From NCBI RefSeq assembly GCF_009914755.1, contig NC_060929.1: a stretch of 64,000 nt of DNA; one strand, written 5' to 3'. Both the position numbers and the translations under genes were made by a program. Shown here in pieces: positions 42,880 through 57,955 of the stretch (its first letter is position 1; every line of letters begins with the position of its first letter). The notes beneath the pieces were generated by a model. That model searched no databases, was not told the DNA's origin, and saw only the letters and a program-made list of their open reading frames with translations. This DNA is from the human T2T-CHM13v2.0 reference genome, Homo sapiens.

Positions 42880-44520
42880 GTAATCATTCCTTTGCTTAGT
42901 ACATTTTTTTAGTACCACCTGTCTGCTAGATACTATATTGCAGTGAGTAAAAGACAATGTCTTTTCCCTAACAGAGCTGACATTTTAGAAGGAGTACTCA
43001 GGCAATAAACAAGGAAGTATAAAATATAATACTAGATGGTAATAAATGCTAAGAAGTAAAATAAAGTAGGTAACTAGAACAGAATGTAATATGAGTCAGA
43101 ATTTTAATAAAATAGGCCAGAGGAGGATTTTCTTATGAAGTGACATTTTAGCAGACATCTGAATAAAGTGTTAATGGGCACTATCTTAGTCTGCTGCTGT
43201 AACAGAATACCACAGACTGGGTAATTTATAATGAACAGAAATGTGTTTCTTACTGTTCTGGAGATTGGAAAGACGAAGACAAGGTGCCAGCAGGTTTGGC
43301 TGTCTCGTGAGGGCTTTCTTGCTGCATCCTCACATGATGAAAGGTTAGAGCAAGTTAGATATAAAAGAAGAGCAAAAGGGAACTGATGCTGTGTCCTCAT
43401 CTGGCATAAAAGGGGACCCAATCCCACAAGCCCTTTTTATAACAGCATTGACATATTTATGAGGGCAAAGCCCTCATGACCTTCCTATCAGACCCCATCT
43501 CCCAACACTGTTGTATTGGGGATTAATTTTCAAACACATGAATTTTAGGGAATGCATTCACCCCATAGCAGGTGCCATGTAAATATCTGGGAAAAGAATT
43601 GAGAAGCCAGAAGTAGGTGTTGTTAATTGTGTTTAAGGAACTGTAAGGAATGCAGTCTGACTGAAATGGCATGTGCAAGGAAAATAGAGATATAAAGTAA
43701 GGAGATTTTTATGTGCTAGTTCATATGATGAGGTAGCCATTGTAAGGTGGTCAGACATTATCCTTTGTGTATAAAAAAAAACTATTGGAGAAGCTACATG
43801 GAGAAGGAATATGATAAGATTGACGTATTCAAAAGGTTATTTAGATTCCATGGAGAAGAATACTACACCTGGAAAAGAAAAAGTGGGAACAGAGAGGTAA
43901 GTTGACTTTAACAGTAGTATAGACAGCAAAGGATATTGACTGGAACCTGTGACTGAAAAGCAAGAGGATCTACTGATGCATTTGATGTAAGATAAAGAGA
44001 TGATTCAAGATGCCACAAAGTTTTTTTGACCAAGTATCTGGACAAGAGGAAGTGCCATATTTGGAGGTAGAAATGTGTATTTTAAGCAAGTAATATTTGG
44101 ATACTTATTAGTCATCTAAGTGGAAATGTCAAGCAGGCACTAGGATATGTGATTCAAGAGTTTAGGAGAGTTGTCAGAATTGTAGATATAATCTGGAAGG
44201 TATCAAAGTATACATGGTTTTTAAACTTAGGGAATGAAATCACCAAGGAAGAGGATGTAAAGAGAGAAGATACTGAGAACAGAGATCGAGAAGAAAAGAA
44301 TTAAGTAAATGAGACTGAAAAGGAATGACAGTGTTATGGAAAACCAGGTCAGTGAGGTGACCTAGAGATGAAGTACAGAAAGTATTTAAAGAACTAGGCA
44401 ACAGCCAGCTGTAATAAATACCACTCAGAACTTGAGTACAATAAAAACTAAGAATTGAGCGGTGGAGGTGAACAAATGATCTTGTCAAGAACAGTTTCAG
44501 AAGAATACTGGGGATAAATT
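42880..44520 (-). mobile_element. L2a fragment interrupted by an MST LTR
   Basis: GAAGTGACATTTTAGCAGACATCTGAA and CATCTAAGTGGAAATGTCAAGCAGGCA are typical L2 antisense motifs. Confidence 0.8.
43182..43570 (-). mobile_element. MST (MSTC/D-like) solo LTR
   Basis: TATCTTAGTCTGCTGCTGTAACAGAATACCACAGACTGGGTAATTTATAA...CCATAGCA. Flanks GGCAC/GGTGC fit a CpG-decayed GGCGC TSD. Confidence 0.9.
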
Positions 44521-46067
44521 GCTTTTTATTAGCTGAAAAATTAGAATATGGGGAAAGTTGATAACACTGAAAAGTAGAAATTTAAGCAACTTAGTTTTTA
44601 ATATAATCTTTAAATATGTAGGAGATTATGTAATTCCCTTATATATTTCTTGATTATTTTCTGTGAACCAAGAATGATTTATCTTTATTATGAGTTGGAC
44701 TTTCAAGTTAATATGAAAATCGAATATTTATGGCTTCTCATGCTGCTGTGTCAATAGAGATATCATACTCTTGACTTTGTACCTCTGCTTTAATGACAAA
44801 TTTGTTATTTTTAAAATGAGGTGTCAAAAGAGTAGGGTAGTTTTTGTAATCTCCAATATAGAAAATAAGTGATTAACAGGATTTCAACAGTGCTCTTATA
44901 AAGTTTACAGTTTTACAGTTACATGTGAAATCCATTATTTTACACTGTCTGAGTATTTATAATTGCCATGAAACCATATAGAATATATGTATATGCGTAA
45001 AAATAAAAATTCTTTTGACTCCTACAGGTTATTCTGAAGAGCATCTGAGTGGATTGTGTCTCTCTCTAATTTTACTTTGCTTCTATATTGAACACTTCTG
45101 TTGCCTGGAGGTTTTCCTAACACTGTGGTGATATTTGGCAGATTTTAAGTTGTCTTGTATAGTAGAAACAATGTAGAATCTTTGCCATCAATGTTTGCTG
45201 ACCATAATTTTTAGAAATATAAATTTAAGTTGGAAGATAACACTATTGCATTATTAAAAATATTTTATCTTCAAGGATGTTTGTGTATATTTTCATGCAT
45301 ACAAAATACAGATGTGATTTTCTTGTAAGCAGTACATCCAATAAACTTGGCTCATAGGATATAAAAAAGTAATTTTATTATTCTTTCCTTCTTACCATTT
45401 AAAATGTATTTAGTAGACAGAGTTTTCATTATGACAGTGCATAAAATCTTTGGGAGGAATAATGACTTTTATAATTACTCTAAAATAATGAATAGTCTTT
45501 CTCTTATTTTAAATCCAAAAATAAGTCTCAAGTAAAATCTCCAGTTTCATGAATTTTGGTTTTGATTTAAACATTCTTCACTCTCCCTGATGGGTCATAT
45601 TCATGTGGGGTGTATTTATGCTAATGGCAGATGAGATGAAGGTTGTGAATAATTTCCTTTTCTTCTGGCCTGCTTCTCATGATTTTTGGCCATTCTAGGG
45701 TTGAGAACGTGGGTATCAAATAGGTGAAAATAGAGACTTACTTAAGTTGTAGTTACTTAAAGTGTGAGTTAAACACTAATCTTAGGAAGGATTTAAAACT
45801 GATTCTCATGTAGGACATTTTATGGCTTTTTAGAGGTTCTCTACTGTTCTCCTCTACCCACAACATCCATTTCAGACAATATAGATTTTATACTCTCGCT
45901 GCTGCTCTTTCATCACCTCCTGAGGAGTTTCCTCACTGGTTCCTGTCATCACAAGATCTTTAAGGACTAAATATAAAATTTTAATATAGAATTATTTTCT
46001 ATATGACTCATCTCAGTCCATTGGAAATACAATTTGCCATCTTGTTGATGATGTTAGTTCCTAAAAT

Positions 46068-46125
46068 GTCTCTCTCTCTCTCTCTCTCTCTCTCGCTCTC
46101 GCTCTTGCTCTTGATCTCGCTCTGT
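46068..46125. repeat. (TC)n / TCTCGC microsatellite
   Basis: Seen directly. Confidence 0.9.
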
Positions 46126-46203
46126 CCCTTACATCTTTATCTCTATCTTATGTATTACCATAGTCCAATGGTGGCAGAATCTAGTCTTAGATTCTTCAGG
46201 CAT

Positions 46204-46511
<308 letters not shown>

Positions 46512-48337
46512 AGGCTCTTTAGGTATGAGTGTCAGACGCAAGTCCAAAGGATCCCATTAAATGCGGGTGGCAAGTATCACTACTGTTAAGCTGTCTCACT
46601 GTTGCCTTTTTCATTACTCTTATGGTGAAAGGCGCATACAAACTCTTTTCTCTCCGTCTTGTGAGTGTTGGAATTCATAGCAAAGTAGTAACTCTTTCTA
46701 CAAACACATTTTCCATTAATTTTCGTTGCATAAAATCTCTCTTTAATGCTTTCATATGCTTAAAGTTAATGAGAGATTTCAAGAGCCACCGAAATGCTTC
46801 CAATTGATTTCCTTCATAAATTTGCATTTTTGTTTGCCCATCTCACTTTGATATCTTATATGTGTTTTAGGACACCAGTCAAAACTTCCAGTTTAACATT
46901 GTATAGTACTAGCATGACAATTCTTATGTTCATACTATGCTTATCTAATCATTTGAAGTCATAGAAAAATTACTGTGTTGTTCTTGATTGCAATCCATGC
47001 CACTATCTTACTACTGTGTTTTCTATTAGATTTTAAAATAAAATTGTCTTATTATAAACTTAATTTTTTTATTTTAAAATTCAAGCACTTAAACATCCTG
47101 AAGTAAATATAGACATTTTAGGTTATTAAACATAAGGAATTTTTACAAGTAATACTTTCTATGATACATAAGAAAATAATGTAAGCTTATGATAGTCTGA
47201 AAACTTATAATTTTACTTCAGTAATTCCAACATTATTCATCAGTGCTTATGAAACATCATGCATGTAAGTGCTGGTGTTTTTTTGCTACTAAGCAGGAGA
47301 ATAGAATTATTTCCAAGGAAGCTTTTCCCTATAAAGCTATAGATGCTAGACCATGTTGAAGATTTATGACTTAATGTCTTGCAATGAAATAATATGGTTC
47401 CTGTGAAGCTTACATTATTTCACAAACATTATTTAATGTATAAAAATCTGAGTAGAATCTCTAAAGTGAAAGGAACAAAAGTCAACGGGGAATATCGAAT
47501 ATTTTTTAGCTTTGTGTGAATATTATCCATGCTCTAATAATTGTCACTTCTATGAAGCTGTGAATTCAATAATAAACTGATCTTATTTGCACTAGAAGCA
47601 AGTTTGGGCATTGCCTATGGAAAAGGTTAATCAGCCTGTTTGCCATTATTACTGGTTTCATTTTTTTCTACTTTTAGACAAAGTATGTTTCTGTTTTTCA
47701 AAAATGTATGTTGTGGATGAAGATTACTCTGTTGAACTTAGTCTATACCTTTCAGTAGAATTTCCTGGTTTATAAAAAGCATTATTTATTCTTTAGAGTG
47801 AAAAAAAGTGGTACTACTCAAAAATAGAAGGTATACATCCTCCATACAGGAAAATTTCTTTGTAGAAGACAGAATTGATTAGTCTAATATGTTTAATGTA
47901 AAAATTTGACTAAAATATTAATGTAAGTATGATATGCTGACATTTTGACCATTTTGTGCATATTAAAAATAAACCACACGAGCACTCAGTTTGTTTTCAT
48001 AGGTGGGGTTCATTTGAACCACTGCAATTTTATTAAACAATGACAGATAGACATATGAAAATTTAGAATTTGTAAAAATTAATTGGAATATTTTAAAATT
48101 AGATATTGAAAATATAAAAGTGAATGAGTAGTTTTCACCTAGAGGGAACTGCTTAATCACTGAGTTGCAAATCAAAGTTTTTTTTGGTTAATAGAGGTAT
48201 GTGTCTGCTGTTATAGATGCAAAGACAATATAATGTAAACACACCTTTGAGTACCCTCTGATTCTTGAATATTTTTCACTTTTTCTAATTATATAGAATT
48301 AAATAGTTACTTCCTGCTCTACCAAATGTATAAATTG

Positions 48338-48508
48338 ATATTTATAAGATATTTATAATGAATTAAATACCAACATTACTATTTTATTATTTAAAAGGAC
48401 ATATATGATTTATGCAAGGAAAAATATTTATAAGATATTTATAATGAATTAAATACCAACATTACTATTTTATTATTTAAAAGGACATATATGATTTATG
48501 CAAGGAAA
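48338..48508. repeat. Perfect tandem duplication with 86-bp period
   Basis: ATATTTATAAGATATTTATAATGAATTAAATACC...GCAAGGAAA starts at 48338 and again at 48424. Confidence 0.95.
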
Positions 48509-49393
48509 TATATTTAAAATATACTTTCTACTCTCATAAAAATTAAGAAAATAGTCTGATATTCAAATGTCTCAATTTCAGCAATTTTCCATGCAGCTGT
48601 ATTCAAGGAGATGAATCACTTTGTTACACGATAATTATTCTGTTTTCAAATTTGTGGGAAATTTCAGAGAAGAGCTTTTACATCCAACCTTCCATAAAAT
48701 GATTCTGTACACATTATTATTGCTTAATCTCAAGATTCTTAAAAGTTCTAGTAAATAGTCTTTTAGGTAAAAGATGAAGCCTTCATGCATGTGTACAATC
48801 TAATTATCTTCCTCAGGTGTTTCAGTTTTATAAATACTTTCAGTTGTTCCCAATATCCACATAGCTCTAGATACCTAGTTAAATTAGTAAGGGATTTGTA
48901 CACAGGATATTTTGGTAAAACTATGCTGTAACATTTATTTTGATTTATATTTGAGTCTATAATAAGTTATTTTCTTTTCAACATACAGGCAACTTCAAGG
49001 CAAAAGACAGTGGGAAGAAGAAATCAAAGGCCATTTTCTTATTTTCGTTACTTATGGCAATCATGATTATCCCTTTTTTGTTATAAAATGCGAAATAACA
49101 GCTGAATTTGATTTAATTTGTTATTTGTCTTTTAGTTGAATTTTAAACTTCTGTTAATACCCATAAAGTGAAAAGCCATCAGTAGACAAGATAAATAAAT
49201 AAATTATATCTAATTTTCACAGATATACCCTGCTTCAAAGCCATGTCAGAGTGCAATTCACAAGAGTTTAGCTATATATAAATGATAAGATGCTCTGGGG
49301 AGAAGTTTTGAAGATTTGCAAGCTTCTTCCCTCAGGATCAACATTGATGAATCTAAGTAAATGAAGGAGAAGAAGCATACAAGATAATAATTA

Positions 49394-49790
<397 letters not shown>

Positions 49791-49803
49791 AAAGGTTCTT
49801 GTG

Positions 49804-49806
<3 letters not shown>

Positions 49807-49843
<37 letters not shown>

Positions 49844-49854
49844 TGTGTCTGTGT
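49807..49854. repeat. (TG)n microsatellite
   Basis: About 18 TG units followed by TCTGTG variants. Confidence 0.95.
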
Positions 49855-50714
49855 CATAAGTTGGGGAAAGGGTTCCTGGTTGCATCCTAGGGTGAAACAC
49901 ATCTGAGGGCAGCAGTAAGAGTAGTATTGAGTGAAGAGAAGTTTTGAAGATTGGCTCTGGCCACTTCCTCATACGATCATTATCTTTTAATAATAAATAC
50001 ATGACTCTTACACCTGACTGATAAAAACTATACTTGAGTTCCCCATCTACAAATTTATATTCTTCCTTTCATCTTTGGGATATTATAATGCAAACTGAAG
50101 GTGGCTGTTTTCTTTCAAGGCTTCATATTTCTAAGAATTTAATGATGACTACTTGAAGAGAGAAATTGTCTGCTGGAGTAAAAGCAAAGGGATAGGATTC
50201 TTACTAGATCTTCTGAGAGTTAGGGATCCTCATCCCAAGGCTGATTGCCTCCTCCCTCCAAATCACTGGAAAGGCAAAATTTGTTCCTAGCCTTCTCCCT
50301 CCTTAATCTATTTAATGTGTTAGTGTAAATAATCTGGTGGTGTGAAGGAACCCATTTGTACCCATTTCTCATACTTGACTACGCTACTCTTCCCAGCTCT
50401 GAATAGAGTGATGATGATTGCCTGACATCTGTCGTCGAGGGGTATTTAAGCCCGCAGAAATTAGAAAATACCTCAAATCATACTTTTTTAAAAAAGATTG
50501 CTAGCTTAACAGAATACTACTTCTGATAATAAACTCAGTTGAAAATCATAATAAGCTGGGAAATGCAAATGCAAATAAGAAAAACAACATATTAAATTTA
50601 TAACAATGTAAACAAAATTAACGGAACTGATGGAACAATTGTTAATTGGCATAAATATATTTAAAGAAATAAGAAATGTGTGGGCAATATATTACATATA
50701 AAAACAGAATCTTC

Positions 50715-51540
50715 TAGATCAAGACAGCTAACTGGATGTGTTCAGGTCTTGCCTCCTCCACAAAGAAGAACCAAGACAGCAAGTAGATAACCATATGAAA
50801 AATAAAGCATCTAGGGGAGAATGCTGGGATCCACCAAGGAAGCAATAGGGACAATGTGAGGCACAGAAGCAGGAGATAGCGGCATACACAGGGAATCAAG
50901 ACAACTGGCTGGATTGGCTTGGAGCCAGGAGGGACTTACATTATAGAGAAAATGTAAGCCAGAGATCCTCAGCAGTTCATATTCCCGCCACAGACACCGG
51001 CAGTCCTAGTTACAGAAAAGGCCCTCGACCCTCAGAGGCCCTAAGCTTAGTATAGTGAGCTGACCAGAGCACACGGGACTACATTGTTCCAGAGAGGAAA
51101 TTCATGCTGAATGTTAGCCACAAAAGCCAAGCTATTCGAGCATGACACCATTTTTAGTGCAGTGCCAAACTGTATTTCAATTTTCCCTGTGGTCCAATAG
51201 TTTCCGTGTCTCTATATTCCTGGGGCCTCACTAACATCCCCCACATCCACCCAAAGGGTTGCAGAGTCACAGTGCTGGCTGGACCCAGTAATGTGGCCAG
51301 CCAGGTTTATAACACTTGAGGCCACGCAGCACCCTGTACACCAGGAAACAGGTGGTCTAGCAGATGAAGGAGCCTGCCGCCAGGACAAAGGAAACCAACG
51401 CATGCATTCTCCCAAGTCTGAGAATAAACTGCCTGATGCTGCTGCCACTGGCAACAGCCCCACCCCCACCCAGCAGAGGAACCACCACACACCTATGTGC
51501 CCTGTCTAGGGGCTCAGAGCTGGCCCAAACTGAGCTAGGA
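50715..51540 (+). mobile_element. Isolated old L1 5'UTR (L1M1/M2/L1PBa-type)
   Basis: AGATCAAGACAGCTAACTGGATG...GCCTCCTCCACAAAGAAGAACCAA...AAGTAGATAA start; locally GC-richer. Confidence 0.65.
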
Positions 51541-52064
51541 CTCAACTGAGCTGTGCAGGAACAGTGATGGTCATCAGCTCCGGGAATTCAGAACCTTTGG
51601 CGGAGCATTTTTTTCACCTTCTCTACCTCCACAACCTCCTGGATAAACAGGATAAAAAATTGGGCTTCCTTACAGAAGGTTTTTCTCTAGAGACTGTGGA
51701 AAGAGTAAAATCTTGCCTATTGTCTGTGATAAAATGTCTACAAAAACAAAAAGCATGGAATTGATGCCAACAGCCTTAAAATCATGAGTAGGATGATAGT
51801 AGAGTAGGGAAATAGTAGAATTAGGAGAGAATATCTATCTTTGCTGACTTTTCTTGAAAAACTAACCAAATATAAAATGGGCTATAGGAAAAATTGCTAA
51901 AATGGATTTAAGGTAGAGTGTTGAACATGCTGCAAAAGTTTTAAACAGTGACTAATTCTACTACAAAATACGTGTACTAAATATATTTCCTTGTAATCAA
52001 GTGTCCTGAAGACTCTGTAAAGTCTGTGAATGTGTTGAAAGATAATTAGTTTAAAATTTTTATT

Positions 52065-55000
52065 TACACTTTTTATTTTTCATACTATATTTAATTTTTG
52101 TGGGTACAATGCAGGTATATATATATTTATGGGGTGCATGAAATGTTTTGATACTGGCATGCAATGTGAAATAAGTACATCATGAAACATCGGGTATCTA
52201 TTGCCTCGAGCATTTGTTCATTGAGTTACAAACAATACAATTATTCTCTTTAAGTTATTTTAAAGTGTACCGTTATTATTTACTATTATTGACTACTATC
52301 ACATTACTGTGCTATCAAAGAGTAGGTCTTATTCATTCTTTCTATTTTTTTGTACCCATTAACCATCCCCACCTCCCCTCCAGCCATCTTTCCCCACCTC
52401 TGGTAACCTTCCTTTTCTTTCTATGTCCATGAGCTCAATTGTTTTGATTTTCACATCCCACAAATAAGTGAGAACATGTGATGTTTGTCTTTCTGTACTT
52501 GGTTTTCTTCACTTAACATAATGATCTCCAGTTCCATCTATGTTGTTGAAAATTACTGAATCTCATTATTTTTAATGTCGGAACAGTATTCAATTGTGTA
52601 TAAGTACCAAATTTTTTAAAATTTATCTGTTGATGGACACTAAGTTTGCTTCCAGATATTAGCTATTGTAAACAGCTGCAACAAACATGGGATTACAGAT
52701 ACCTCTTCAATATATTAATTTCCTTTTTTTGGATAAATATCCAGCAGTGAGATTGCTGGATCATGTGGTAGCTCAATTTGCAGTTTTTTGAGAAACCTCC
52801 AAACTGTTCTACATAATGGTTGTACGTATTTACATTTCCACCAACAGTGTATGAGATTTCCCCTTTCTCCACATTTTTACCAGCATTTGTTATTGCCTGT
52901 CTTTTAGATATAAGTCATCGTAACTGGGGTGAGACAATATCATTCATCAAAGATACTGGCCTGTAGTTTTCTTTCTTTTTTGATATGTCTTTTTCTGGTT
53001 TTGGTATCAGGGTAATTTTGGCCTCATAGAATGAGTTTGGAAGTATTCCCTCCTCTTCTATTTTTCAGAATAGTTTCAGTAGGATTGGCATTAGTTTTTC
53101 TTTAAATGTTTGGTAGAGTTCAGTGGTGAAACCATCAAGTTCTGGGCTTGTCTTTACTGGCACATGTTTTATTACAGCTTCAACAGGTTGCTTGCTATTG
53201 GCCTGTTCAGGTTTTGGATTTCTTCCTGGTTCAATCTTGGTAGTTGTATGTATCTAGGAATTTGTCCATTTCTTCAAGATTTTCCAATTTATTCACATAG
53301 AGTTGCTCATAGTAGCCACTAATGTTCCTTTGAATTTCTGTAGTATTAGTCGTAATGTCTCCTTTTTCATTTCTGATTTTATTTATTTGGATCTTCTATT
53401 TGTTTTTTCATAGTTAGTTTGCTAAAGGTTTGTCAGCTTTGTTTAAGTTTTCAACCCACTTTTTGTTTAATGGATCTTTTGTATGTTTTTATTGAAATTT
53501 TATTTATTTCTGCTATAATCTTTATTATGGCTTTTCTTCTATTAATTTGGTGTTTTGTTAGCTCTTGCTTTTCTAGTTCTTTAAGATGCATTGTTGGATT
53601 GCTTATTTGAAGTTTGTCTTCAGTTTCGAAGCCATTTATAGCCATAAACTTCCCTTTGGGTACTGCATTTGCTGTATCCCATAGGTTTTGGTATGTCATA
53701 TTTCCATTATCATTTCTTTCAAGATATTTTTCAACTTCCTTCTTAATTTCCTCGTTGATCTACTGGTCATTCAGGAGCATATTGTTTGGTTTCCATGTAT
53801 TTGTATAGTTTCCAAAACTCCTCTTCTTATTAATTTTTAGTTTTATTCCATTGTAGTTCATGAAAATGCTTGATATTATTTTAAATTTTTGAATGTTTAT
53901 GATACTTGTTTTGTGACCTAACATATGGTCTAGCCTTGAGAATGATCCATGTGCTGAGAAAAAGAATGTGTATTTTGCAGCCCTTGCATGAAATGTTCTG
54001 TAAGTATATATTAGATCCATTTGGTCTATTGTGCAGATTACATGTGATGTTTGTTGATTTTCTGTCTGGAAGGCCTGTCCAATGCTAAAAATGGGGTATT
54101 GAAGTCTCCAGCTATTATTGTATTGAGTCCTTTCTATCTCTTTAGCTCTAACAATATTTTATTTCTATATCTGGATGCTCCAGTGTTGGGTGCATATATA
54201 TTTAAAATAGTTATATTCTCTTTCTGAATTGACCCATTTTTCATTATAGAGTGACCTTCTTTGTCTCTTCTCATAGTTTCATCCTGAAATCAATTCTGTG
54301 TAAGCATACTGATGCCTGTTTGTTTTTGGTTTCCATTGGCATGTAATACCTTTTTCCATACCTTAATTTTTATTCTATGTGTCTTTACAGGTGATGTGTT
54401 TCTTGTAGGCAACATATCAATAGTTCTCATTTTTTCATCCATTCAGCTAGTTTATGTGTTTTGATTAGAAAGTTTAGTACATTTCATTTAATGCTATCAT
54501 TGATAAGTAAGGACTAACTCCTGCCATGTTTTTATTTGTTTTCTGGTTGTTTTGTGATCTTTTTATTTCTTTTTTTTTATTCCTATCTTCCTCTACTGAA
54601 GGTGATTTTTTTTCTGATGATATGATTTAGTTTCTTGCTTTCTATTTTATTTTTTATTGAGACAGAGTCTCACTCTGTTGCTCAGGCTAGAGTTCATTAG
54701 TGTGATCTCAGCTCACTGCAACCTTCACCTCCCGGGTTCAAGTGATTCTCATGCCTCAGCCTCCTGAGTAGCTGGGATTATAGGTGTGTGCCACCACACC
54801 TGGCTAATTTTTATATTTTTAGTAAAGACAGGGATTCACCATGTTGTCCAGGCTGGTCTTAAACTCCTGAGCTCAGGTAATCCACCCATCTCCCAAAGTG
54901 CTAGGATTACAGTGTGAGCCACAGTGCCCAGCCTTGCTTTTTATTTTTTCTGTTTCCATTGTATGTTTTTTTTTTAAATTTTGTTTTGAGATTATCATGA

Positions 55001-57955
55001 GATGAGGCTTGCAAATGCAATCTTATAACCAGTTATTTTAACTTGATAACATTTTTAACACTATTTGTATAAACAAAAAAGCAAAAAGATAACCAAGAAA
55101 AACTTGCTTTAACTTTGTCCCCCAACTTTTTAAACTTTTGTTGTTTCTATTTATCTCTTACTCTAATGACTATGTCTTGAAATGTTGTTATACTTATTAC
55201 TTTGGATTAGTTCATCATTCAATCTTTCTATTTAGGATAAAACTTGTTTACAGACCACAGTACCAATGTCATAATGTTCTGTGATTTTCTGTGTACTTAC
55301 TATTACCATTGAATTTTGTACCTTCAGGTGATTATTTATTTCTTGTTAATTTCTATTTCTTTCAGGTTGAAGTACTTACTCTCTTTAGCATTTCTTGTAG
55401 GGTGTGTCTGGTATTGATGAAATCCTCAGCTTTTGTTTGTCTGGGACATTTCTCCTTCATGTTAGAAGAACATTTTTGCCAGATATACCGTTCTAGAATA
55501 AAAGATGTTTTTTTCTTCCGCTCTTTAAACATTTCATGCCACTCTCTCCCGTCATAAGATTTCCACTGAAAAGTCTACTGCCGGATCAATTAGAGCTCCA
55601 TTGTATGTTATTTGTTTCTTTTCTCTTGCTGCTTTTAGGATCCCTTCTTCATCCTTGACCTTTGGGAGTTTGATTATTAAATGCCTTGATGTAGTCTTCT
55701 TTGGGTTAAATCTGCTTGGTGTTCTGTAACCTTCTTGTACTTGGATATTAATATCTTTCTCTAGGTTTGGGAAGTTCTCTTATTATTGTTTTGAATAAAC
55801 TTTCTATCCCTGTGTCTTTCTCTACCTCCTCTGTAAGGCCAGTAACTCTTAGATTTTCTCTTTTGAGGCTATTTTTTTAGATCCTGTAGTCATGCTTCAT
55901 AGTTTTCTTATTCTTTTTTCTTTTGTATCCTCTGACTGTGTATTTTCAAATAGCCTATCTTCAGGCTCACTAATTCTTTCTTCTGCTTGATCCATTTTGC
56001 TATTAAAGGACTCTTATGCATTCTACAGTATGCCAATTGCATTCATTAACTCCAGAATTTCTGCTGCATTATTTTCAATGTTTTTAATCTCTTTGTTAAC
56101 CTTAGCTGATAGAATTCTGCCTTTCTTGTCTCTTATCTTGAATTTCTTTGAGTTTCCTCAACACAGGTATTTTGAATTCTCTGTCTGAAAGATGACATAT
56201 TTCTGTTTATCCAGGAGATTTCCAGGATCTCTGTTTCTCCCTGGTGCCTTATTCGTGCATTTGGTGTGTTTGTTTTTTCCTGGATGGCGTTGAAGCCAGC
56301 AGATGTTCTTCCATGTGTGGGCATTGAATAGTTAGATATTTATTGTAGTGTTCACTATCTGGGCTTATTTTTTATCCACCCTTATTGGGAAGGTTTTCCA
56401 GATATTTTCAAGGACTTGAGTTTTGTGATCTAAGCTATTTCTGCTTTAAAGAGCACCCCAAACCCAATAATGTTGTTGTTCTTGCAAACTCAGAGATGCA
56501 CCACCTTGATGGCCTTGAAGAGTATCCAGGAAAGTTCTCTGAATTACCAGGCAGAGACTCTTTTTCTCTTCCTTTACATTATGTCGAACATATAGAGTCT
56601 CTCTCTCTCTCTCTCTCTCTTTCTGTTCTGAGCCACCTAAAGCTGGGGGTGGAGTGACACAAGCACCCCTGTGGCCACCACCTCTATGACTGACTGGATT
56701 AGACCTGAAGCCAGCACAGCACTGGGTCTCACAGAAGGCCTGATGTACCCACTCCCTGGCTACTGCCTACGTTCACTCAAGGCCCTGGGGCTCTATAATT
56801 AACAAGTGGCAAAGCCAGATAGACTTGTGTCTTCCCTTCATGGGGGGCGAGGTCCCCCAAGCCCCAGATGAGTCCAGAAGTGTCATCTGGGAATCACGGA
56901 TTACAGTCAAAGATCTTAGAAGACTACTTGGTATTCTATTGTATTGTGGCTGAGTGGGCACTCAAACCACAAGACTCAGACCTTCCCACTCTTTCCCTAC
57001 CCCTCCTTTTGCCAACGGCAGAGGAGCCTCCTCCTGTAGCCACTGCCACCCCAGGCCACAAGGAATACTGTCAGACTACCAACCATGTTCCCTTAAGGCC
57101 CAAGGTCTCTTAAGTTGGCTTGTGGTGAATGCTGCCTGGCCTGAGACTCACCCTTCAGGGCAGTGGGCTCCCCTCTGACCCAGGCAGGGCATGTCCAGAA
57201 ATGCCATCTGAGAGTCAAATCCTGGAATCAGGGACCCAAGAGCCCATTTGGTGTTCTACCCCACTGTGGCAGTATTGTTAACTAAGGTGCAAGACAAAAA
57301 TCCCCTTTACTTTTCCCCCTGATTTTCTCAAGCAGAAGGAGTTTTGCCCCATAGCCACCATTGCTGCTAATATGCTGAGTCTCACCTGAAAAGTCATCAA
57401 GTCTCAGAGACTCTCCCAAGGCCCTTAATGTAGTACCTAGGTATCACTACCGGTTATTCAGGGCCCAGGGCTCTTTAGTTGGTGAATGATGAATGCCGGC
57501 AGGACTGTTTTTTTCCTTTAAGGCAGCATCCTCTCTTCTGGCCCAGGGTGTGTCTAGAAGTGTCATCTGAGAGCTAGGGGCTAGAGTGGAGCCTCATTAC
57601 TCTGACTGTTGCCCTATCCTGCTGTGGATGAGCTAGTATCCAAGATGCAAGACAAAGTCCTCCCCACTCTTCCCTCTCCTCTTCTCAAGTGGAAGAATAA
57701 GATCTCTCTTGGATCTGTGAGCTGTGCAGCCTGTTGTTACAGGTGGAGTGATACTGCTAGAATTAGTGATTCGTTTTTGGCTAGGGCTGGTTTAAATGCT
57801 CCCTCTGTGTGAGAGCATCAGCTAAGTTTGATCTGGTTTTCCTTCCTGTTCTAATAGCACAGCACTGAGTTCAATGCCTCATAAAGGGTGGGTTCTCTCT
57901 CCCCCAGTGCCCAGATATTCTGAGCACCTTGCTGCTGCTGCCTGGGGTGGGCATA
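52065..57955 (-). mobile_element. L1MA1-3-like element spanning 3'UTR to 5'UTR with a large internal ORF2 deletion and a nested Alu
   Basis: 3'UTR GCATGCAATGTGAAATAAG..CATCATG. ORF2 EN fragments ([25 protein letters not shown]). ORF2 start MAGVSPYLS at 54527. ORF1 about 55400-56170. GC-richer 5'UTR beyond 56600. Confidence 0.92.
54649..54933 (-). mobile_element. AluS (Sz/Sx-like)
   Basis: Dimer with TSD TTGCTTT(C/T)TATTTT. Confidence 0.95.
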
